A stretch of DNA of 64,000 bases. It comes from Bacilli bacterium. Its GTDB lineage: Bacteria; Bacillota_I; Bacilli_A; RFN20; CAG-826. The stretch spans positions 4,912-68,911 of the forward strand of contig JAZQOV010000011.1 of the NCBI GenBank assembly GCA_045628045.1. Reading direction: 5' to 3'. A model generated the notes under the pieces. The model saw only the letters and a program-made list of their open reading frames with translations. It made no database searches and had not been told where the DNA came from. Shown piece after piece: positions 49,870 through 58,446 of the stretch. Within the stretch, counting starts at the first letter, position 1. Every line of letters begins with the position of its first letter. A program made the translations under genes and the position numbers.

Positions 49870-51241
49870 TACCCCCACTTAAACATTCTATGTTTAGAAG
49901 ATGGGGGATTCCTACTCAAGAATCCTCGAGGATTCAGTGTCGATAGGCTAACCCCGTAGTTCCTACGGTTTGGTGGACTACCACTATTGTTTTTGAAGTA
50001 CTAATCTAATTCCTTCTTTTTTGATATTAATTGCTGCATTTATATCTCTATCATGCTTTCTACCACAGATAGGACAAATCCAATCTCTATCATTTAATTC
50101 AAGACTTTTGTTGATGTAACCACAATCACTGCAAGTTTTACTAGACGGAAAGTACCTATCTACTTTTATTAATTCCTTACCTAACCATCTTAATTTGTAA
50201 TCTAGAAAATTGACAAAAGTTCCATATGCTCGATCAGATAGATTTCTGCCCAACTTCATTTTTGTATCTTTTGATTGCATTGATTTCAAATCTAAATTTT
50301 CTACAAAAACATAATCGTATTTATTTGCAATTTTTCTGGATTCTTTATGCAAAAAATCTTTCCTAGAATTTGAAATATGAAGTTGAAGTTTTCTGACTTT
50401 TTGCCAGGATTTAATGGAGTTTTTGCTACCTTTTTGGCATTTTGATGCTCTTCTGGTTAATTTTGCAAGTTTCTCCATTTCGTTTTGAAGATACTTTGGC
50501 ATATCTGCGTGATTGCCATCGCTATCGACATAAAGATGTGACAAAGAAAAATCTAATCCTATTGAGTTGTTGATATCAAGTTTTTCAAGCTTGTCGAATA
50601 ACTCGACGTTTGGATTATCTTCTTCACCAGTCAATGTCACAAAATACATGTTTGCAACTCTAGAGATGGTGACTGTGGTAAAAGAGAATGATTCAGGCAT
50701 CAAACGAGATACTACAACTTTAACTCTGCCTAATTTAGGAATTTGGATTTCGTTACCATCAAGGCGGAGGTTATTGTTGATTTTCATAGTTGTGTAGCTA
50801 TGATCATTTCTTTTGGATTTAAATTTTGGAAAAGAACCTCTATGTTCAAAGAAATTAATATACGCAGCATGTAAATGAATAATGGCTTGTTGCAAAGCAA
50901 CACTATCAACTTCTTTTAAGTATTCATACCCTTCTTTGTAATCAGGAAGTATTTTGACTAAATCAAATTTTCTCAATTTAAAAGAAGGATCTTCCGCGTG
51001 CTTTTCGACACACATTTCAAGAAAATCATTATAGACTTGGCGAACGCATCCTAAAGTTTTCTCAATTTGTTGTTTTTGAGAAGAATTAGGATAGATTCGA
51101 AATTTATAAGCTTTCTTTATTTTCTTTTCCATACTTATATTATACTATCATTTCTTAAGAAATGATAGTGTTATTTCATTTTTTGCTTGCAATTCATCCC
51201 GCCGCTTTACGAGCTTCAAGCGTGGGTCTTCTTGCTAAATT
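49870..51241 (-). mobile_element. IS200/IS605-family element carrying only tnpB (IS1341-like), ~1.37 kb
   Basis: The boundaries are inferred from the break in the DUF1016 reading frame. Subterminal hairpin at the tnpB-proximal (left) end (ATACTATCATTTCTTAAGAAATGATAGTGT). GC-rich structured 3' region (49870-49983) typical of the omega-RNA/right end. Confidence 0.75.
49984..51132 (-). CDS. tnpB: TnpB (IS605 OrfB) RNA-guided endonuclease-family transposase-associated protein
   Basis: N-terminus KAYKFRIYPNSSQKQQIEKTLGCVRQVYND. C-terminal zinc finger CSDCGY...CPICGRKHDRDINAAINI. Confidence 0.85.
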   Translation of the reverse strand: MEKKIKKAYKFRIYPNSSQKQQIEKTLGCVRQVYNDFLEMCVEKHAEDPSFKLRKFDLVKILPDYKEGYEYLKEVDSVALQQAIIHLHAAYINFFEHRGSFPKFKSKRNDHSYTTMKINNNLRLDGNEIQIPKLGRVKVVVSRLMPESFSFTTVTISRVANMYFVTLTGEEDNPNVELFDKLEKLDINNSIGLDFSLSHLYVDSDGNHADMPKYLQNEMEKLAKLTRRASKCQKGSKNSIKSWQKVRKLQLHISNSRKDFLHKESRKIANKYDYVFVENLDLKSMQSKDTKMKLGRNLSDRAYGTFVNFLDYKLRWLGKELIKVDRYFPSSKTCSDCGYINKSLELNDRDWICPICGRKHDRDINAAINIKKEGIRLVLQKQ

Positions 51242-51892
51242 AGATAAATCTAAAACCTGAGCCTAGTTCTAAAAGGAATTCTTTCATGTGCGTTATAATA
51301 CCTTTTTCAATTTCTTTTTCCCTAAGGTTAAAACCTTTTTTGAAGAAATTAATTACAATCGGATCTACCATTACATCTTTTGGTTCAACAATCTGATTCC
51401 CAAGAGTGGATAATTGATTCTTTTTTGCCTCTATATTTTCTTTTGAGCCCAGTAAGATTCTTTGATAGTATCCCGATTGTATTTGTCTTTTTAAATCCCT
51501 GACAGACCATCTTTGTTTTGCACACTCTATTTCATAGAATTTTCTTTCTTCATCATTTTTTACATTTAGAAGACAAAAGTAATGCCCCCATGATAAAGTG
51601 GGAAACAGTGTTTCCCAATTTTTATATATAATATAAAAATTTAACATTGCTTTAATGTTTCTTCTTGAATACCCAGAGCCGAATTCTTTGGTTAGCTCAT
51701 TAGAAATTGAACTAATCGTGCGCTTTTTATAATCGCTTTTTCCTTTATTGGAGTCGATGTCTTTTTGAATTTGTTCCCCTATATACATATAAAGCTTAAG
51801 TAATTCAGTATTAACGTTATATATGATTTTTGCCTTCGTTGTTTCTATTGCATTTTTTAAATTTATTACTAGTTTATTTTCTTTCATAACCT

Positions 51893-52000
51893 TTCCTCCT
51901 CCGGCTTAAGAACATTTTAACATCTCTGAGGCTAACTGATTCCCGTTTTTCATAACACTCTAAAGAACAAAGTTCTTTCTTTTGAAAATTGACTGTTTTA
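51893..52000 (-). promoter_or_regulatory. second copy of the ~100-bp 5' module (palindrome AAAGAAC-aaa-GTTCTTT) upstream of the DUF1016 gene
   Basis: Aligns with 17320-17420: GGCT[C/T]AAGAA[T/C]ATTTTA.CATCTCT...GATTCCCGTTTTTCATAACA.T.TAAAGAACA.AGTTCTTTCTTT. Confidence 0.45.
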
Positions 52001-52121
52001 TGATTATTTTTAGTTTTATTAGATAGGTGAGATTTAATCAATAATGAATATACTTTTATAGAAAAAGTATTTTAAATTCATTATTATATTAGTATAAGTT
52101 TTTAAAAAGAGGCCTTTTATT

Positions 52122-53297
52122 ATGTATGACATTAATATAAAAGTTTGCGAAAATACTAAAGTTTTTATTTTTAATGGTCCTATCGACTCTAACGTTACAG
52201 ACGAAATTAAAAATTTCGTTGAATCGAATTCTTCTGGCTCTGATAGCGTTATTTTTGATATGGAAAAAGTTCCATACATGTCTAGTGCAGGCCTTAGAGT
52301 AGTGCTTAAGACTGCTAAATCAGTAAAAGAATTTGAAGTTATCAATGCTTCTGTAGAGTTATATAACATTTTCGACATGGTTGGGTTTACCCAAATGATC
52401 AAAATTAAGAAAGCCATGAGAGAAATTTCTATCGAAGGAAAAGAACTTATTGGAGAAGGTTATATGGGTAAAGTCTATAGACTTGATCCAGATACAATCA
52501 TCAAAGTATTTAAAAGAACCTCTGATACTTCTGATATCGAAAGAGAAATTTCTTTGGCAAAGAAAGCATTCATTCTTGGAGTTCCTACCGCAATACCTTT
52601 TGACATAGTCAAAGTTAAAGAAGGTGGCTACGGTTCTGTATTTGAACTTCTTAAATCATCTTCATTTAATAAATTATTTATTAATCATCCTGAGAAGGAA
52701 GATGAATACATTAAGATGTACGTGAACATCATTAAGACAATTACTTCTATTGAGGCTAAAAACCCTAGTGAGTTCCCTCGTAAGATAAATGATGCGTTAA
52801 CTTGGGTAAATGGTCTTAAGGAAGCAAAAGCCTATGATGAAGCTACACTTGCTAAACTTGAAAAATTAGTTAACACAATTCCTGAGAGTTCGCACTTAAT
52901 TCATGGTGATTGCCACATCAAAAATATTATGATGCAAGGTGATGAACCATTCCTTATTGATATGGACACTTTGGGTGTTGGGCACACCATATTTGAGTTA
53001 ACTGCAATATTCTTAACTTATATCGGATATCCTGATAAATTCCCAGGAAATGTCCAGGAATTCCTAGGTATTTCCGATGAAACCGCTAAGAAATTATTCT
53101 ATTCAACAATTGATTCTTTATACGCAGATAAATCAAAAGAAGAAAGAAACACAATTGTTGAGAAATGTGCTTTGTTTGGTTATATGTGGTTAACATACAA
53201 GACATTATTATTTGAACCAGAAAATAAAGTAAGACTTGATAACGCAAAAGAGAAAGTTATGAGTCTTATTGATAAATACGACACACTTAATTTTTAA
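52122..53297 (+). CDS. STAS-domain (anti-sigma-antagonist-like) protein fused to a protein-kinase-like / APH-like phosphotransferase domain
   Basis: N-terminal STAS with phospho-acceptor-like YMSSAGLRVVLK. C-terminal Gly-loop IGEGYMGKVYRL, Lys in IIKVFK, catalytic-loop-like HGDCHIKNIMM and metal-binding IDMDTLG. Confidence 0.7.
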   Translation: MYDINIKVCENTKVFIFNGPIDSNVTDEIKNFVESNSSGSDSVIFDMEKVPYMSSAGLRVVLKTAKSVKEFEVINASVELYNIFDMVGFTQMIKIKKAMREISIEGKELIGEGYMGKVYRLDPDTIIKVFKRTSDTSDIEREISLAKKAFILGVPTAIPFDIVKVKEGGYGSVFELLKSSSFNKLFINHPEKEDEYIKMYVNIIKTITSIEAKNPSEFPRKINDALTWVNGLKEAKAYDEATLAKLEKLVNTIPESSHLIHGDCHIKNIMMQGDEPFLIDMDTLGVGHTIFELTAIFLTYIGYPDKFPGNVQEFLGISDETAKKLFYSTIDSLYADKSKEERNTIVEKCALFGYMWLTYKTLLFEPENKVRLDNAKEKVMSLIDKYDTLNF

Positions 53298-53315
53298 TGA
53301 AAGAAGGACACGAAA

Positions 53316-53612
53316 ATGGAAATAAACAAACTTGTAGAGAAAGACACTCTCACACTTGCTATTGAAGGAAGACTTGATACTTTAACATCTCCAACCCTTC
53401 AAGAAACAATTAATTCATCACTTGAAGGCATTGTTCATTTAGTAATTGATCTAAAGAAAGTTGTCTATATTTCGAGTGCCGGATTAAGAGTAATTTTAAG
53501 TGCACAAAAATTAATGAATACGAAAGGTGATATGGTTGTAAAAAATTGTTCAGCTGAAGTCCTTGAAGTTTTTGAAATGACAGGATTTACTGAGATTTTA
53601 ACGATAAAATAA
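53316..53612 (+). CDS. STAS-domain anti-sigma factor antagonist (SpoIIAA/RsbV-like)
   Basis: 98 aa. The segment YISSAGLRVILSAQ carries the conserved Ser. RBS GAAGGA. Confidence 0.8.
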   Translation: MEINKLVEKDTLTLAIEGRLDTLTSPTLQETINSSLEGIVHLVIDLKKVVYISSAGLRVILSAQKLMNTKGDMVVKNCSAEVLEVFEMTGFTEILTIK

Positions 53613-53613
53613 T

Positions 53614-56484
53614 ATGGAATTCCTGGATATTTTTAAATTTATAATAGCTGCAATCATTCCAATTCTTTTAAGCGTTGGCTGTATTTATCTTGAGAAAACA
53701 AGAAGATTTTCTAAGTTAAACAAATACGTTAAAGCTTTAATATTTGGAGTTATTTTTGGCATCAGTTCAATTAGTGGAACTTTACTTGGTTTAAAACTAC
53801 CAAATGGCGCAATCATCAACGTGCGTGATGCCTCTCCTATTATATGTGGTCTTCTTTTTGGTGGACCATCAGGAATTTTGGCTGGCTTAATTGGCGGCGG
53901 CTTTAGAGCACTTACTCCTCTTTGGGAACCATCGACAGCTTACACAGTTGTTGCATGTTCTATTTCAACCGCAATGGCTGGTGTATTTACTGTGTTTGTT
54001 AGACATTTCATCTTTGATGATAAAAAAGGTACTTGGTACTATGGATTCTTCCTTGGCGTATTAGTTGAAGACTTCCATATGATGATGTCTGTGCTTACAC
54101 ACACAGAAGATATTGTTAAGGTTTATAACTCAGTTATAAAAGTATGTACAGTTCCAATGGTATTAGCAAATTCATTAGCGGTAATGATTGCAATTATTAT
54201 TGTTAATTTAATAAATCACGAGAAAATATTTGAAAAAGAAGTCAGAACTCATATTTCTACAAAGGTTCAGGTTTCTTTGATTCTTTCTCTTGTTGTTTCT
54301 TATGTTGCAACTGCGTTATTTACGAATATGTCTGTTAATAAAGTTGTTCAAACAAATATTAAAGGTCAATGTGAAAACGCTATAAGCGATGTTATTAATA
54401 ATGTTGATGACACAATCAACAATGTTATGAGTGACAAACTTGATGAAGTCGCAATAAAACTTCTTGATGAAGTAAAACCATTAGAAAAAGATAGGCTTTT
54501 ACGTAAAGAAGCATTAGTAAGTATTCTTAATGATTTCTCTGGTGAGATTTCTGAAATCAATATTGTTGGCACTGATGGTTTTGTTCATTATTCCACAGAT
54601 CAATACGATTTTATGGAAGACGGAAGTGGACCATTTAACATGGAAATTGGTGACCAATCAAGAGAATTTAATGTCTTACTTAAAGAAGGCGAAACAAACT
54701 ATTTTATCCAGGAATTCCGCGAGATTTCTGCGTATGATGGCGGAAAATCAATGAAATATGCTGGCTATAGATTTGATGCTGAAGACATTGAATCAGACTT
54801 CTGTTATTTCCAAATTGGTTTAGATGCTGCAAGGTATCACGAACTACTTCAAGACTATGTTGATGAATGTGCTAAATTTAGACACATTGGTGAAGAAGGA
54901 TTCGTTGTAGTTAGCGATGAAAATGGTGCAATTGTTTCAACAATCGTTGATTGTCCATTTACTGAAACAATTGATGTAAATAAGTTCCTAAACGATGGTT
55001 ACGATAAATATTACACTTACTCTAAATTTGTTGAAGGTTACTACATTGTTGCTTTTGCAGGCGCTGAAGAAAGTGATTTAGCATCCGTAATTTCATTCAC
55101 TGCAATTTCTCTTGCTGAAGTTTTTGTTTATTTGCTTTTATATTGCGTTTTATATATAGCAGTTAAACGTAGAATCGTTGATAAAATTAAAACTATAGGC
55201 TTAAGCCTAAATGAAATTTCTTCAGGAAACTTAGATGTTGTTGTTAATCAAAGAGACAGTTATGAATTTGATTCATTAAGTAACGACATTAATAAAACTG
55301 TTGGAACTCTTAAAGAGTTCATTGCGAAAGAAGCTAATAAGAATGCTGAAGAGTTAGCATTTGCTAAAAACATTCAATATTCTGTTCTTCCAACCGCTTT
55401 CCCAATGAATGATAGATTTGAAATTTATGCTTCTATGTCAACCGCCAAGACTGTTGGTGGTGACTTCTATGATTTCTATTTTATAGATAGAGAGCATGTA
55501 TTAATTGAAATCGCTGATGTTAGTGGAAAAGGTATTCCTGCCGCTATGTTCATGATGAGAGCAAAATCTGTTCTTAAATCACTTATAGAATCAGGTATTG
55601 GAATTGAAAATGCCTTTATTGAAGCAAATAGAAAACTTTGTCAAGGTAATGATACTCAAACATTTATTACGGTTTGGGGTGGAATTATCGATTTAACTAC
55701 AGGACATGTTGACTTTGTCAACGCTGGTCATAATCCTCCAATTATTTGTAGAGATGGCAAATTTGAGTACTTACATAGTAAACCAGGCTTTGTTTTAGCA
55801 GGTTTAGAAGGATTTAAATACGTTAAGCAAAGCTTTGACATTAAGCCAGGTGATATGATTTATCTTTATACTGATGGTGTTACTGAAGCTAATAACGAAA
55901 AACATGAACTTTATGGAGAAGAAAGACTTCTTAAAGCAATTGGAGATAAAACATATACTTCTAAATCTATTTGTGAAACTGTCTCAAAGAGTTTGAAGAA
56001 GTTTGTGAATGATGCAGAACAATCTGATGATATTACAATGCTCGCATTTAAATTCTATGATGTTGAGCTCGCTAATATTAAAGTTGTGGATGCAGACTTA
56101 AAGAATTTACCAGAAATCATAGATTATATCGATGATTTGCTTGATAAAAATAACGCCACATTATCTGCAAAATCACAAATCGATGTAGCAGTGGATGAGA
56201 TATTCTCAAATATCGCATTCTACGCTTATCCAGAAGGCCAAGTTGGTAAGGTCAAAGTTTCAGTCATTATGTCTAAAGACAATGAAGAAATGACCATTAT
56301 CTTTGAAGATAAAGGAAAAACATATAACCCACTTGAGAAAGAAGATCCAGATACTTCACTATCTCTAGAAGAGAAGTCTATTGGTGGACTAGGTATATTT
56401 ATTGTTAAAAAGACAATGGATTCATTAGAATACGATAACGTTAATGGTCATAACGTATTAACCCTCAGAAAGAAGATTCATTAG
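53614..56484 (+). CDS. membrane sensor with PP2C/SpoIIE phosphatase domain and C-terminal GHKL (RsbW/SpoIIAB-like) kinase domain
   Basis: N-terminal ~7 TM segments, an extracytoplasmic region and a second TM. PP2C block GGDFYDFYFIDREHVLIEIADVSGKGIPAAMFMM. C-terminal HATPase_c (VDEIFSNIAFYAY...GGLGIFIVKKTMDSLEY). The start is 2 bp after the STAS gene. Confidence 0.75.
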   Translation: MEFLDIFKFIIAAIIPILLSVGCIYLEKTRRFSKLNKYVKALIFGVIFGISSISGTLLGLKLPNGAIINVRDASPIICGLLFGGPSGILAGLIGGGFRALTPLWEPSTAYTVVACSISTAMAGVFTVFVRHFIFDDKKGTWYYGFFLGVLVEDFHMMMSVLTHTEDIVKVYNSVIKVCTVPMVLANSLAVMIAIIIVNLINHEKIFEKEVRTHISTKVQVSLILSLVVSYVATALFTNMSVNKVVQTNIKGQCENAISDVINNVDDTINNVMSDKLDEVAIKLLDEVKPLEKDRLLRKEALVSILNDFSGEISEINIVGTDGFVHYSTDQYDFMEDGSGPFNMEIGDQSREFNVLLKEGETNYFIQEFREISAYDGGKSMKYAGYRFDAEDIESDFCYFQIGLDAARYHELLQDYVDECAKFRHIGEEGFVVVSDENGAIVSTIVDCPFTETIDVNKFLNDGYDKYYTYSKFVEGYYIVAFAGAEESDLASVISFTAISLAEVFVYLLLYCVLYIAVKRRIVDKIKTIGLSLNEISSGNLDVVVNQRDSYEFDSLSNDINKTVGTLKEFIAKEANKNAEELAFAKNIQYSVLPTAFPMNDRFEIYASMSTAKTVGGDFYDFYFIDREHVLIEIADVSGKGIPAAMFMMRAKSVLKSLIESGIGIENAFIEANRKLCQGNDTQTFITVWGGIIDLTTGHVDFVNAGHNPPIICRDGKFEYLHSKPGFVLAGLEGFKYVKQSFDIKPGDMIYLYTDGVTEANNEKHELYGEERLLKAIGDKTYTSKSICETVSKSLKKFVNDAEQSDDITMLAFKFYDVELANIKVVDADLKNLPEIIDYIDDLLDKNNATLSAKSQIDVAVDEIFSNIAFYAYPEGQVGKVKVSVIMSKDNEEMTIIFEDKGKTYNPLEKEDPDTSLSLEEKSIGGLGIFIVKKTMDSLEYDNVNGHNVLTLRKKIH

Positions 56485-56493
56485 GTAGAAATT

Positions 56494-57324
56494 ATGTCAA
56501 TTGCAGATAAGATTTTTGTAGAAAATATGAAAGACATTCTTAAGAATGGTTTTTCAGATGAAAAGTTAGAAGTTAGACCTCATTGGGAAGATGGAACTCC
56601 TGCTCACACGATTAAAAAGTTCTGTATTGTGAATAGATACAATCTTCAAGAGGAGCTTCCAATTCTCACAATAAGAAAAACCGCTTTTAAGTCATGTCTT
56701 GATGAACTTCTTTGGATTTGGCAAAAGAAATCAAACAATATTCATGATTTAAAATCACATATTTGGGATTCTTGGGCTGATGAAAATGGTTCGATAGGCA
56801 AAGCCTATGGTTATCAACTTGGAGTCAAACATCATTATCCTGAAGGAGACATGGATCAAGTTGATAGAGTTCTTTATGATTTAAAACATAATCCTCAATC
56901 AAGAAGAATCTTAACAAATATCTATAATTTCCAAGATCTTCATGAAATGAATCTTTATCCATGCGCTTACTCAATGACATTTAATGTCACTGGTGACACA
57001 TTAAATGGAATTTTAAATCAACGTTCTAACGATATGTTAACAGCGAATAACTGGAATGTTTTGCAATATTCATTATTGTTAATAATGTTCGCGCAAGTTT
57101 CAGGTTTAAAACCAGGAACTCTAGTTCATGTAATCGCTGATGCTCATATTTATGACCGCCATGTTGAGCTTGTTAAAAAGGTAATTGAAAAACCTCAACA
57201 TAAAGCTCCTAAATTATGGGTTAATCCAGAGATCAAAAACTTCTATGATTTTAAAGTTGAAGACTTCAAACTTATTGATTATGAATATGAAACTTTAGAA
57301 GAAAAAATACCGGTGGCAATTTAG
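56494..57324 (+). CDS. thyA: thymidylate synthase (ThyA; the shorter B. subtilis ThyA-like type, active-site PCA rather than PCH)
   Basis: ELLWIWQKKSN, IWDSWADENGSIGKAYGYQLG, SRRILTNIYN, LYPCAYSMTFNV. The C-terminus is ...KIPVAI. Confidence 0.9.
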   Translation: MSIADKIFVENMKDILKNGFSDEKLEVRPHWEDGTPAHTIKKFCIVNRYNLQEELPILTIRKTAFKSCLDELLWIWQKKSNNIHDLKSHIWDSWADENGSIGKAYGYQLGVKHHYPEGDMDQVDRVLYDLKHNPQSRRILTNIYNFQDLHEMNLYPCAYSMTFNVTGDTLNGILNQRSNDMLTANNWNVLQYSLLLIMFAQVSGLKPGTLVHVIADAHIYDRHVELVKKVIEKPQHKAPKLWVNPEIKNFYDFKVEDFKLIDYEYETLEEKIPVAI

Positions 57325-57325
57325 T

Positions 57326-57820
57326 ATGATTATTTCAATTTTAAGTGTTGACAAAAACTATGGAATTGGGAAAAATAATTCCCTTCTTTTCCATCTAAAA
57401 AAAGACATGGAATTCTTCAGAAAGACAACTGAAGGTCATATGGTTTTTATGGGTGAAAATACTTTACTTTCTTTCCCTGGAAGTAAGCCACTTAAAAATA
57501 GAATCAATGTAGTTCTTAGCAAAGACAAAACTCACAATTACGAAGGTTGTAAGAATGTTCACAATTTCCGAAAATTCACGAGAATTCTCAGGAAAAATGG
57601 CAGAAAACACGATGTTTTTGTAATTGGTGGAGCGTCTATTTATATGCAAACACTTCCTATAGTGGATATGGTATTATTAACCAAAGTTGATGCTGATGGA
57701 CACGCTGATGTCTTCTTTGATAATTTAGATAAAAATCCATCTTTTGAATGTGTTGATCAAGGCACACCAATTATGGATGGAGATTACAAAATTAGATTCA
57801 CAACTTATATTCGAAAATAA
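57326..57820 (+). CDS. folA: dihydrofolate reductase
   Basis: MIISILSVDKNYGIGKNNSLLFHLKKDMEFFRKTT...VFVIGGASIY. The start is 2 bp after the thyA stop. Confidence 0.9.
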   Translation: MIISILSVDKNYGIGKNNSLLFHLKKDMEFFRKTTEGHMVFMGENTLLSFPGSKPLKNRINVVLSKDKTHNYEGCKNVHNFRKFTRILRKNGRKHDVFVIGGASIYMQTLPIVDMVLLTKVDADGHADVFFDNLDKNPSFECVDQGTPIMDGDYKIRFTTYIRK

Positions 57821-57827
57821 TCTTTAG

Positions 57828-58100
57828 TATTGTATTGCAATTTAACGAGAATTATTTGTAATATTGTTATCAGGCGAGATGGGTCTGACAAAAGGAAAGA
57901 GATTGGCTGCTACCAATCTCTTTTTCATACTTTGGAATACAGACTGTAGAATTAATCATGAATTTTGCAAAAATGCATTGAAATAATTATGAATTTAGAT
58001 ATAATAATAGTATCAGGCGTGGGATCTGACAAAAGGAAAGAGATTGGTTGCATCCAATCTCTTTTTCATAGTTTGGAATACAGGCGTGGGTTTCTAACCC
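57828..58100 (+). repeat. two and a half tandem copies of a ~72-bp promoter + hairpin-terminator unit (candidate tiny sRNAs)
   Basis: Units at 57869-57943 and 58013-58083, with a partial third at 58081-58100. Each is preceded by sigma70-like -35/-10 (TTGCAA-18-TAATAT; TTGAAA-16-TATAAT). Each ends in an 11-bp perfect stem AAAGAGATTGG-loop-CCAATCTCTTT followed by TT. Confidence 0.5.
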
Positions 58101-58446
58101 TTAATCATTGATTTTAATAATCAGTAAAATAAGAGCTAGAATAAGAAGGTACTCCACTAAGGACATCCTCCCTTCCCAAACGCCTGAATGCAAACTCCGA
58201 CGTTCGAAGACCGCCATCATATTCCTTTCTATGAAGTCAAATGAATTATTGACCCCACACTAACTAATTAGAGAAAAATAAGCAAAACTGCTAAAAAATA
58301 TTTTTAATATATTAATATATTACAATTTAGCACTTTTTCTGAGACTCAAAAAAGTACGGAAAAAAACTTGCTTTTATACTTAAAAAGGAATAATTTAACA
58401 TAAATGTTTAATTACATTGCTTTACTCTAGAAAAGAGGTAGAAGTT

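Larger units (their letters stand above)
49497..51887 (-). pseudogene. DUF1016/YhcG-family PD-(D/E)xK nuclease gene split by an IS insertion
   Basis: N-part (51887-51240) ends ...FLLELGSGFRFI*. C-part resumes ...FNDNQYQFLIDNKKYFVDLVFYNENLKCYVLIELKATPFK... (ends 49497). The two parts fit adjacent YhcG blocks (FLLELGKGFAF / YIDLLFYHRKLRCLVAIELK). Confidence 0.7.
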
